Shown here piece by piece: positions 52,501 to 64,000 of a stretch of 64,000 bases of DNA. Source of the DNA: Balanoglossus misakiensis (Eukaryota; Animalia; Hemichordata); NCBI GenBank assembly GCA_040954595.2, contig CM082586.2:1245124-1309123 (forward strand). Reading direction: 5' to 3'. Made by a program: the position numbers and the translations under genes. Every line of letters begins with the position of its first letter. Position 1 is the stretch's first letter. Under the pieces are notes generated by a model. That model worked only from the letters and a program-made list of their open reading frames with translations. It did no database searches and was not told where the DNA came from.

Positions 52501-55500
52501 GACTTCTTCTATCCCAAACGTGCCGCAAAAAACGTAATTAGCGTAAGCAATTAATCGTTTATTTGAGATTAACACCATCAAGGAGGGTGTTAGAAGACAC
52601 GTCAAAATTTCATGGCAATAAATTATGAATCATTTCATTTACAGAAAGAAAATTAATGCACCATGAAATTAAGATCAGTATTTGTATACGGGTAGTTTGG
52701 GAAAATATCATTTTCGTAACAAAATGTCAAAATAAGTTTTATTTACTTTGTATGTATGCTGTACATTTCAATGCAAATCTTAATCACCAATTTCAGTCTA
52801 CCTTGCCAACACTAAGTGGAAAATTATACATGTATTTTTACGCCATTGACTATTTAACCTATCAGTCGTAAAAAAAATCCACCGATTACTATCGCATTTT
52901 GTGCAACACAGGATGGTGATCACCATTTAAATCCTCGACATTCACAGCAAATTTGACCACATCCACGCCAATAAAGCTTTTTCCTTGGCGAGTTTTGAGA
53001 CATTTATGTGTCAAAAAAGAAAGCTAAGGAAATGTGAACACCGAATAATGGATTGTGTGCTCAAAGACAGAATTCCAGTTCTAGCAAGAAGTGACACCAT
53101 TGTTTGATACAGGTCTAATCCCATTTGATTTTCCAGGATTTTGTGAACATTAAGAATTATACCAGCATAAAGTACATAAAATAAACCGAATGCAAATGTT
53201 ATGCAAAAACAGGGGTACCACTATATATGACATGTCATGTACATGTATATGTTAGACTACTTGTGTTGGAATTTTAGACCCGTCACTTTTAATTAAACTT
53301 TTCTGATTCTTACCAGCATTTTTAGAAAAGCCACTTATAGAGGAATGTAGAAAAACATGGGTACCTGTTTACATAATGTTATATATATTTAAACTAGGGC
53401 TTCTGTTTGCATCAACAGAATTTTGCTTTCCAAGCTCCTGTGATCATGTGACACTGCTCGCAACAGCACGGCCAACGTAAAAATGCGAGACGCAGTTTAA
53501 AGCATTAATCAGTGACAATCACACAGAGCCTTAAATACACATACAAATCCGTAATTAGGACACCTGTCAATTGACGAGAAGCCATTTCTGAACGCATAAT
53601 GGATCATTCCACCATTAGACCATATTTTCCAACAGTCAGAGCTCAGTGTTTAATGTTCTCATAATAGTACAATCACCTCCAATTTAAATATTCCCATATA
53701 CATGTACTAGTACGGTTAAAAGGACATTGATATATATATTAAAGTATTTGAATGTGGTGGCACTTTTTTTTGCATGGCCACCCAGTGAAAATCTGTGATT
53801 GGCTGGATCTCTATTGACTGTATACCTTAAACATCCATGTGTATTCTCACTGACCTGGGCTACCCCCTGCTTCATTCATACAGATTTCCCATGATGCACT
53901 CTGGCAGACACGCCACACGTCGTGCACATAGACACATACACACAAACAAACAAACGTCATCAGACGCAAATCTCTTTTCTGCACGAAACAATATTTCCTT
54001 TATCCGGCTTTCACTATGACAGTCTGGCAAATAAATGAAGAAATTTCAAACATTCAACGATGGAACCCCTTCCCCCTTTCCCTGTGACAGACCTCTTTCA
54101 TACAGTAACTAGGGCATACACAACCAATAATGGCCTCAACACAGAAGGATGCATCAATATTCATAATTTTCCGATGCCAGCTCGTCAATCAAGCCCAATG
54201 CAAATTCACTATTAATTGCTCAACCACAAGGGGCCCTCACTGAGGTTGATGGTGATAATTTTAGAGATAAAAGTCACAGGTGTCTTGCGATTCCAGAAAA
54301 GTTCTCAAAGATGTAAGGTTAAGATGATCGCACAGCGATTCATGAAGTTTAATTTTACAGAATAATACCATGATGACATTACGTCATTTGAATATTTTAC
54401 CAACTCTGCAATATATCAAATATTAATAATTCATCTTGCAGGTACACCTGGTACAACACCACAAACACCACATGGACCAACTTGAAATCAAAACTGGAAT
54501 TCAGGGAATGTCACATTTCCAGAGGTCAGATTTGTTTCTCTCATGGACAAGTTCTGTGATAAGCTCGGCAGTGTCAAGGATATAAAAATAAAAGCCAGTT
54601 ATTTTTAAGTGAGAATACATGTACAAGTATAAAATTTACGATTGCCACATGACATTTAGTGACGACTTCAGCGATACTGCCATGAACTGTCAAAGTAGTT
54701 AGAGTACATCTTCTCATTCAAGGCATGCATTAAAGATAAATTCTCACAAATTATGGACACAGGAGATACAATTTAATTTCGTGATGGCATTATACAGTAG
54801 GACCAAGATTAACATTTTGGTTTGGCTAACCCATTGTTAGCAATGGGGTAGCTTCTTGGAGACCTGGTCTTGGTACTTGGAATTTTTTCATCTTCAGAAA
54901 GTTTCAAAATCCAATCAAACATGAAACATTCCCACAATCAACACCGCTATTAGTTTGACAGAGCACAGATCATTCCATTCTGCACTTACACACAGGGGTG
55001 AGTAGCTCTCATTACAATGGTGTGCATATTATATTGATTAGATTTCACCCATAATCAAGTTAATTTGACTCATTTAGGTTGTACTGTAAAAGCGGTATTG
55101 CATAAGACAATGCTGTCTATGAAGAAGTGGCAAAAATTTATATTTATATTGACTAACTTGCAGTATAAATTTACATTATACAGGTCACTTGAATTATGAA
55201 ATCAGCAATAAAAATATACCAGTAATTCAAAAGATTACGACATTACTATTTTGAGTACACATATGCTGACAAAGGTATACTGAGAGATATACACAATGCA
55301 ATTATACAGACACTGCACTAACAATACTGATAATAATAAACAGTTATGGAACAGGCCTCATTTTTTAACAACAGTAACATTAAACAATGGCTGTCATACA
55401 GCGTAAGCAATACTGTGAGTACTAGAGCCCAACATGTTTCGATGTTGATTCTGATCCAATCATGTTTCACCACGTTCCGTCCATGAAATTTCAAAAATAC

Positions 55501-56394
55501 CTTTTGCAATACTATGTGTGTTATGAAATTTACATCATTCAGGTCTAAACAGAAAGGCTATTTAGTATTTGTTATATTACATGTATGATCTCATCTTTAA
55601 TTTTTGCTCAGAAGCTATAGATTATAGAGTACACACACACTGTCACATAATAATAATAATAACAATAATCGCCATACCATTTAACTTAAAAAAAATAAAG
55701 TCACATTTAATACCAGCCATTTCAGTTCGCCAACATGCATAGCGTGAAAACTTACTTATTTGGAATTCCACGCGAGTTCAAAACATTTATTTAAAATCAG
55801 CACGGCTAACAGCCACACTAAAAGGCTCCTGTGAAATTGTACCTATGGCAAGGACAGGTTAGGGTTAAAACAACTGACACTGTTTCTGGTTTGAACTACA
55901 ATTAACATGGGGGGAGAGAACGGCACATTTACTACTCTATACTTAAGAGCTATTATGCTAAAAGGGAAGCACTTCCTCCGTCGCCATGGAAACAGCTCAT
56001 CACATCAATAAATGCCATTTGCTGTTTTACTTCGCCAGGAACGCACCATAAATCTAATATATACTTATATCTCCACCCTTCTTGAAATTAAATTGTGCAA
56101 TAGTAATTTTCCTCTGGCAATAGTCAGCAGGTTTCTAACTGTAATACGTAACATCAAATTTGGTCCAAACCAGTCACTATTTCTTCATCATACTCTTGTG
56201 TACTTTAACCATTTGTGTGAATCAAAGGTCGAGAGGGAAAACGCAATGAAAATTACATTATTTTTAATTTCGCTTTCCTGCGAGCAATCACAACGGGAAA
56301 ACATTTTCATTCCCAAAGCAATTTTAAATATCTGAAGAGTACAGTGAACCGACGGGCCTCCTATCAGGCTTTAGCCTCAAGTCTGTCGTCTCAC

Positions 56395-56453
56395 CTGCAC
56401 AGCGGAAAAGAGAACCCCCTTTCCTCCTCATCACTGGGTTTATTGACCTCCAT
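56395..56453 (-). CDS. Candidate alternative first coding exon of RIM (MEVNKPSDEEERGFSFPLC-R), beta-like
   Basis: GACATGG start, CAG|GTGAGA donor, phase 2 matching exon 2. A CAGCAG acceptor with pyrimidine tract lies just upstream. Confidence 0.45.
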
Positions 56454-57957
56454 GTCTGCTGAGTGAAAGGTCAAAGGTCACAACACAGCCTCGCGACAAG
56501 CAAAAGCGCATATTACGCACTCCTTGGTTCATTTTTTGACCATATCTCTTCTTAAAGGATTACACAGTGCCACTTAAATGCATTTCTCTAGCCTTTTTAG
56601 ATAAGGGAATATTTGCAATGTTGGCTTGATGATATCCTTCGACTGCCCATCTGTGGTGTTTTAAGTTCTAATCATTTTAATGGAGAGTTTCACTTTATGG
56701 AAACAAGTCCTGTGATAGTGGGTTATCAAATATTTGGTACATACATGTATATAGCTTGATACCAGAGATCGACATATCTTGATCTAGGCGAACACCCACA
56801 AATTTTACACTTTATTTTTCCCCTAACAAGTTATCTCCTGCAAATTTATTGCAAAAATGACAGCTTGGAACACCAATTAAGTAAAAAAAATGTCATCTAT
56901 GTAATCTTATCAAATATATTTATCATGAACTTTCAACCGCAGTTTTTTTTTATAAAGTATACCGTAACCCTAAAGATCAGCTGTGCTCAATTTTAACAGC
57001 TGGCCAAAAGCACTATCTTAATTGTGTTGCTATAATTTCTTGGGGGGGGGGGGTTGTGACAGTAGGCGTTCAATATTTATTATTCCAGATATCACCAAGA
57101 AATGAACATATTCAAATCATGGAGTGTCCATGAAATAGACAAGCCCATGAAATAGACAAGCCCCATGTGTTTGTAGCAAAAAAAGTGAAAGTGTCGATTT
57201 CCATTATCACTTCCATTAACTGTAACGCACGCGTGACAGTTAAATGTATACATTTTAATAGATAAACAAACGCGTTAAGAAAAATGATGGGAATTTCTTC
57301 GATATGGAAAACTGTACCGACTTGATATTTAGGTACAAAACGCCTACAATTATTCAATTCCAAATAATAAAACCGTAAGTATATGCACACTGAGAAATTA
57401 TATTGTTACTGGGCATTTAATCTTTGAACACAAAAAACTACTAATACATTTACAAGAAATATAAACGGGTACGTTTTCTCAGCATATACTGGTATTAAAT
57501 CATGGAGGAAAAATTACAGAGACGGCGGGTGATACATAACGATATATATTGGCTGGCTGCTTCAGTGATGCAAATGATCATGTTGGATGAAGCGGGAATT
57601 TTATTCGCCTCTTGTCGCTCCGGAGACAGAATATCTCCACAACGCACACTAGATAGGGTTTAATTTTTAAGTGTGGTCGCTTCTGTCTGACTTCGTTGCT
57701 TACACGACACCAACACAAATGAAATTCACCAAAAAGACGAGGAAAATACGTTTATTTTTACACCACTATTCAGAAAGAATGTGAAACGGTAGTCGAGATC
57801 GATCGGTCGGTACGTAACGGTGAGTGTACATAACGGGCTTCTGGAAATAATTTTTCATTGGTCGCTCAGCTCAGGTTCTTCATTTTGTGCCGGTGATGAT
57901 GCAAAATATATCTTGTGTCACATCTTGCTTTTGACACAAAATGAAACGCTTACTCAC

Positions 57958-58085
57958 CTTATCACAGCCGCGTTTTTCTGTTCTTCTTGTTTCTGTCTGT
58001 CCATTACCGAAAGAATAATTTTTCTCTCTTCCTCCGTCAGATGACTGAGATCGGGAACCTCGGGCATTGGGGCCGGGGCAGCCAT
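57958..58085 (-). CDS. RIMS1/2: RIM exon 1: MAAPAPMPEVPDLSHLTEEERKIILSVMDRQKQEEQKNAAVI(R); Rab3-binding helix
   Basis: Hand translation (not in the ORF track). PDLSHLTEEERKIIL.VMDRQK is the conserved RIM N-terminus. ATG at 58085; donor AG|GTGAGT at 57957; phase 2. Confidence 0.95.
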
Positions 58086-60289
58086 CTTGTACCCCGCGTT
58101 AAAAACTACCGATTATCTGCGGTTAGATTCCCCCAACAGTCGTTACATTACCCGCATTACACCATGTTTCTCTTCTTGTTTGTTTCGGCAGTAAAAACGG
58201 GCCAAATCCGGCACATTTGTCCCCCAAATTGGGGTCGAAATCGCGCTGTGATGGGTTCACACAGCTTCAAAAAATGGCCTAGCCAATTTCGTTCATTAAT
58301 TATGTCTAATTAATTATTCATGAACCATTTCCTCGAAACGGCCAATCGCGTAATTGTATTTTGGAAGATACCATTTCCACCGTGTGTCTATTTTTAGGGT
58401 GCTATGACGTTCCTCTGTGTTGTGTTCATGCGATCGCTTCAGTTTTAAAAGATTAAATTTTAAAAATGGTCACTTTTGATGGCTTGAAGATAGACTATCA
58501 TATATTTCAAGGACAAGGAAAAAGAACTGGTTCATTCTGGTTCTTGGACAGGTTGGCAATATCTAGAAACCAGTGGGAGTACATTGAAGCGTCTTATCAT
58601 ATTGTTGGGGGACTCGACAAGGGTGGTGCGAAGACTGAAATGTACATGTTTTGTCGACTTTCATTCAGTATCTCCATCTACTTAACGGATTGTTTTATTT
58701 TGAAAGTCGACATGACCTCATTCGCTCAAACGACACTCCACTGCCAAAATTTCATTTTTGTCGCCAAAAGCATAAAAAATTGTGAACAGTTCAAAATTAT
58801 AAGAACTGTCGTGAAATATGAAGCGATTGTCGCAATAAGCCAAGATGCCATCGCACGATTTCCCCGTCTGATTTTCGTTTGATCATATCAACTGCTGGTC
58901 ACTATGATGACGTCAGAGTGATGCGCTTCCAACAAGACCCCTTAACTCGAGTGAAATATGCGCCACTGAATTTCATCACTGGAGATGGCTTTTCCTCAAA
59001 TTCTGTGCACAGTCTTGCTAATGACCGTCAGTTTTATTTTTAGTATGTCAATTTTAAAAACATTAACAAGCTGTTTCAGATGAAAAACAGAACTCATGTT
59101 GCCAATTTGTTAAGCGTATAAATAATAACTAGTTTCTGCATGCTGCAGCTGAAGAAATGGTGTCACCATAAATTTGGTATTTCCCTGACGTATTCTTTTT
59201 GCGAGATATGTCTGCATCATTGTCAGCACTGATGTAAGCTTATCCACATAAAAAAGCTTACAATTGAAATTTACACCAGTTGTATAGTTAGCTTGGATAT
59301 TTAAATGCGCCTAATGACTGCAATCTAACAGGTGGTCGCACGCGTATCAAAAATAAACTTTACAATTTAATTTTCGTCGGTCCTAGAGCACCACCACCGT
59401 AATAATGGTCTGCACAATGTACAAGCATCACGTGTTTTGAAAGTCGAACTTAATTAACAGCATGCTGGTAAAAATGCAAATAGACAAGTGAAATTTAAGG
59501 GTTCTCAACAAACTGTAAAACAAAACAAAAAAACTGATTTCAGAAGTGTGATGAACATAGAATGTCTTGTTTCCACTATACTGTTTGCGCATGTTTAGGC
59601 GCAATCTAGAACTTTCTATCAAGCCATCCAGTATAACCTGTAACTTTTATACATACACAGAAAAGGATATTTGTTATCGATAAAGTATACTCAGATCGGT
59701 AATAAACAGAATTTTCATTACTTTTGAAAACCTCGGATTTTTAAGCCCTGTCATTGAAGAACGAGAATAGGTTAACCTCGTGCAAGACAAAACATGTGCA
59801 TTCGTGTTTTTCTAACGGAATATAGTTCTGATTGAGATATATTTAGTTAGGAAGGGCCATATTTGGTATGAAATCGTATGCGACAGCCAGCGAAGTAATC
59901 GCCATCATGCGATTCTTTTGTTTTTATTTACGACAAATCGTTCGGATTTCGTTCGTCGCGGTATCGGATTGTGGACATAATATTCATTGAATAATATAGC
60001 AGCTTACAGAAACAAACGACTCATAGCCAGAAAGTTGTCCAGATTGACATCTGAAGCGTACGACATACCCAATCAAAGCTTTACTTTAGCCAAACAATAA
60101 TACGCCGTATAAACCAAAAGTACATTGAAAGTAAAGTATCTGGACCGTCTATCAAATCATACACCCGATGTAGTTCTCTCCAAATCTTTGTTCAACATGC
60201 AAAGTTCCGACTACAGAATTGTAAAACAAAATTGGTTCGAAAGTTTTGGAATTTTGTAACGATACAAGAGTTCATTGTCACACTCAAGT

Positions 60290-60565
60290 CCTTGAGCCCA
60301 ATACCTTGCCTTAGCGCTTCAAAACTCTCTGCTGGCGCTCGAAGTTGCGGCCTGGTTTTTGGAATTCGTAAAAGTCCGATCTTTCCCGCCTTCTTGGCAG
60401 CACAATCATCAGCTTCGCTACTCTTCTCGCTTGAACTGTGCGATTTTACCTTCCACAACTGACGAAATGGACCTGGTAATGTTGCTCAGGAAGGATTCCG
60501 CGCCTAGTGGAAAAGTTTGAATCGACCGAGTGCCGTCTTCCCCAGGGCTTGCTGCTGTCGACATC
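60290..60565 (-). pseudogene. Frameshifted coding-like relic, possibly retroelement ORF1 (DIRS/Ngaro-like)
   Basis: GC-richer island. Two overlapping frames read ...SNITRSISSVVEGKIAQFKRE / SEADDCAAKKAGK.... The resemblance is from memory only. Confidence 0.25.
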
Positions 60566-62581
60566 GTCACAGTGGAGTTTCGGCCAAGACTGGGGGACAA
60601 AGAAATCTCCCTCTATATATACTCGCATCCAACACCTGGAGGCGCCAAAACCGCCAAAAGGAATTCTATTACATAACGAACTAGTGCCATTGTTTTTGAA
60701 ACCAGTAGCCGCATTTCCCGCTCACTGGGAGTATTTCTCTGTCAATAGGGACATTTTAAAGCTAGATATAAAAATATCTTTGGGTGAAGACTATTTTTTA
60801 AAGCGGAGGGTGAAAGTTTTAATTTTAGTCATTCTCATTTTAGTTCACTGGGCTTGAATAATTATGTATCACCCGTATAGTGGTTTTCCTTTAGCAGATA
60901 GAAAAAAATGACAGTTATAACTAAAAGTCTAACGAGTTGTGTTCTGCAAAACATGAACAACCTCGGCGGAACTCGGTAGTCAACAAAGTGACCTATGCGA
61001 ACTTCACAGGATTAATTGAAAGAGAATAATTAAAATCATGAGAGAGAAACACATGGGTTGAACTGCGAAAATTCAAGGTCGCGCATTTGGGTAAAGGTGT
61101 TTAGCCTAATCCGCAGAAAAAGCAATCATTCACCTCAGCCAAATTAAGTTAGCAATAGAGATCACACGATCAGGTTTTCCTCGACTATCCGCTCTTTAGC
61201 GTGACGTAGTTATTTTTCTTTGCTCTGGGTTTTGATTCAATTCACGGCTACCCGATCAGAGTCATCGTTCAACGTTCCCTGTTCAAATTCCCTTATAACG
61301 TCATCATGTTGGCTGTTAACATAGATATCGCCCACCCCTCCCACTGGATGGGTATCGTGTTCAACGGCACAAAAGTTACAATTTTTGTTTAAACTCTGAG
61401 CCAAGATAACGTCTTCTGAAAATTGAGAAAAGTAGAAATATGCCAGGTAGTACACATGTACGCTTCTTTGCGTAACAAAAAGGAATATTTTTGTTTTCGC
61501 TTTAACAATAAAAGCAATAAAACGGTCACTTGGATATTTCAGCATTATTTGAAAAGAGAGCTTTTGATGTGTTCGATCACTACAATACTCCCGTATTTTT
61601 TCAAAGCATACATGTAAACACGCATTTTTTCAGACGACTGGGAAACGTGCTCATATACAGTTAGCAGTAATTTGTACATCGCCGTTCGCCTGTAGGCATA
61701 TATAATCTATAGCCATGCTATTACTGGCTTACACCAACCTGCTTTTAATAATATCTCAGGCTGTATGATAGTAAAGCGACCCACTTTTTCCGTGGCATAG
61801 AATTGATGAAATGACACCAGATGTAGACCGCATTCATTTGCAATATTGTCAGAATGCACAGACGGGGAGCCATTAGATATCTGTCCTGGATTCCGTTTAA
61901 ATCGATCGCGGTCGTTCTTTGAGATCAGTGTCTGGTTACCTTGACAACAGAACTGTAATGCGGTGCAGTTAAATGACAAATTTGCTAAGTTTGGAAATTG
62001 TTTGGTTATATTTTATTATATTTTGATATGTTATATAGAAACCCCGGGTTGACACACGCCCAGAGATCAGTTGAGTGATCAATATTTTACAAGTCACGAC
62101 TCTGGGTAAAAAAAGTCTCAATCTTCTCATTGGGATATCTAGTGGTCAGCAGGAAAATCTGTGTACGTAATGATTTATTTGTCCATGTTTGAATCGCACA
62201 ATTTCACTTCAAGGACCAAAGATTGACATTTTGAAGAGTTTGTCGATCTTTTACGCTGCATTGTGTAACAATCACGTCTAAGAAGACGACGACTTGTGAA
62301 TTCAAGTTTACCTTGGATTTCGATTATACAACAACAGATAAATGCTTCATCATTGCGTTATTATGTTTCAGGCATCTGTGAATTCTGCTAAGTGCGTGCC
62401 AAACTCTTACGCGAAAGTGTCCTTCAGTTGAATAGATTACTTGTGATGTCGTTGAACCATGTACCAGTACACGACCCCCCCCCCCCTTTCCCTTTCCCTC
62501 AGCGAGCAATCAGTCTGAAGATAGATCACTTCCCAGAATGCGTCCAAAACGCGGAATATTTGTTTCAGGAGAGGACGGAAA

Positions 62582-63504
62582 TCAGTCAACCTCTAGATTG
62601 TAATCAGATAATTTGTATCCAAACAATTTGAAATCCCACTCATACTTCTTATAAAGGCCTCGGATTTGGCTTTTAGTCAGGCGACTGTAGTAGCTCCTCA
62701 TGACGTCATCGGAAGAACTATTGGTCGCGTGCGGTGCGTAATGAGGGAAAGTCATCACATCAGACGCGTGGATTGTCTTCATGACGTAATCCGCGTCCTC
62801 GGCCAGGCTCTCAGACTTCCCGATGATGTCGTAGTCAAGGAAACACAGATGACAGACGATATGCATTGGTAGCCAGTGCACGTTGTAGTCCAGAATGTCA
62901 GTTTTGAGAAGATATTGGACGAATTCTTCAAATTTGATTTGTTTACTTGAGTCTCTCCGCCCGATTGTTCTTTTCACGAGCGGGGAATATATATTTACGA
63001 ACGATTTCTCTGCCGTGATTTCAAACTTGTCCCTGAAAGCGGAGAGAAGGCGTGAGAACGGATGTCTGACAAAGATGAACTTGGTGAAACTTTGCATTCG
63101 TTCTCGTCGCTTCTTCTCTGAGAAGGCGTCCAGAGTCTGATATTTGAAGTCGTAAACTTGGCCTCCTCTTTGAAGATCAGACACATTTTCGATGGCTCCT
63201 CGCAGTACCAGCATAACGGATCTCCAAGCTGTGTTTCCGACTTTAGCTATCGGACAGTACAAAAATTTATATTTGTCATCTACAAAAAGTCGTCGGTAGA
63301 TGGCGTCATCCGATGGTCTCCTTCTTGTATAGTTCTGGCAATGATATTGGGCAAGATATCTTCGTGCTTCGTAGATATTCGAAGTTCTGTCATATTGATT
63401 ACCAGTCAACTGTGCCTGCCTTGTTGGCACCGGTGGTGAAATATTCAAAGGATCCACAAACACGGACCGGTCTTCGTCCCTGTGTTCCAAGTGTGTCCTT
63501 AAAT
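62582..63504 (-). CDS. Carbohydrate sulfotransferase (Sulfotransfer_2; CHST8-14/HNK-1ST family, CHST11-like), exon 2, catalytic domain
   Basis: 5'-PSB motif YKFLYCPIAKVGNTAW, 3'-PB motif KFIFVRHPFSRLLSAFRDK, HWLP...C..C...YD.IGK.E.L..D and LYKKYEWDFKLFGY. Acceptor AATACAG at 63505-06 in phase 1; stop at 62582. Confidence 0.92.
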
Positions 63505-63629
63505 CTGTATTAAATGGTTGTATGGCAAAGTCACCACACACAATGTTCTCCATCATTTATTATGATACACATAAATTATAAACGTATTGCAGTCAGACAG
63601 ACAGACAGACAGATTAAAAATACACTCAC

Positions 63630-63717
63630 CTAGGTAATAATAAAGAGTGATTACAGGTATGCAGAGAAGCGACGATGTCAACAGCAAACGTTTTGAAGAC
63701 CGATGGAATGACGACAT
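63630..63717 (-). CDS. Sulfotransferase exon 1: MSSFHRSSKRLLLTSSLLCIPVITLYYYL (cytosolic tail plus type II signal anchor)
   Basis: Basic tail then hydrophobic stretch. Donor G|GTGAGT in phase 1 joins exon 2 in frame over a 125-nt intron, giving a protein of about 336 aa. Confidence 0.85.
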
Positions 63718-64000
63718 AACACTTGAAGTTGTATTCTCCGATCGGACCCAAGGGTGAAACGAAACGGAACGTGGACCGTGACAAGTGCGGTACTTCAAGC
63801 GCCGGATCAACTTCTGATCGACCGTCGCATCATCTATACCGAAAATATTTACAAATTACGTAACGAAAGAAAAGAAATACCACATGCGCTTGTGATCCTT
63901 GAAAATTAAATAATTGATGAGATCAAAGGGTCAGAAATCAATGGCAGAACAATACAAAGTGATACTAACTTACTTCTTGTTTCTGTGTTTAGTTAGAATA

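Larger units (their letters stand above)
9624..58085 (-). other. RIMS1/2: RIM (regulating synaptic membrane exocytosis; RIMS1/2, unc-10 family) gene span; 11 coding exons identified, 3' end (C2B) beyond window start
   Basis: Exons join in one frame with matching intron phases (2,0,1,0,1,2,1,0,2,0,1) and canonical GT-AG ends. The domain order Rab3-helix / zinc finger / SGxWF / PDZ / C2A is diagnostic of RIM. Confidence 0.96.

Noticed and set aside
33375-57957. Numerous 60-140-aa ORFs in RIM intron 1 as nested genes
   Set aside because: No recognisable domains, many non-ATG starts, and lengths expected by chance; no transposase or RT motifs seen.
58908-58915. CRE palindrome TGACGTCA upstream of RIM
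   Set aside because: The same 8-mer occurs at several intronic and coding sites in the window; function cannot be supported from sequence alone.

Overview
AT-rich, intron-rich animal genomic DNA, probably from a marine invertebrate (inference from composition and gene content); it is not prokaryotic. Most of the window is the 5' part of one minus-strand gene encoding the presynaptic active-zone scaffold RIM (RIMS1/2, unc-10 family). I reconstructed 11 phase-consistent GT-AG exons between 58085 and 9624 (3508 nt, about 1169 codons). They encode the Rab3-binding helix, zinc finger, a long charged linker, PDZ and C2A. The C2B-coding 3' end lies beyond position 1. A two-exon CHST8-14/HNK-1ST-family carbohydrate sulfotransferase lies upstream on the same strand (63717-62582). 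The most striking non-coding structure is a 2825-bp non-autonomous Foldback-type transposon in RIM intron 2 (28023-30847), with a 9-bp target-site duplication and roughly 1-kb inverted arms made of 32/31/45-bp subrepeats. The RIM introns also hold frame-compatible cryptic exons absent from the ORF track: a 27-nt microexon in the zinc finger, a RIM1-beta-like alternative first coding exon, and a RIM-gamma-like internal first exon. These are predictions from splice signals and phase only. I see no CRISPR array, RNA gene or clearly novel multi-gene system.
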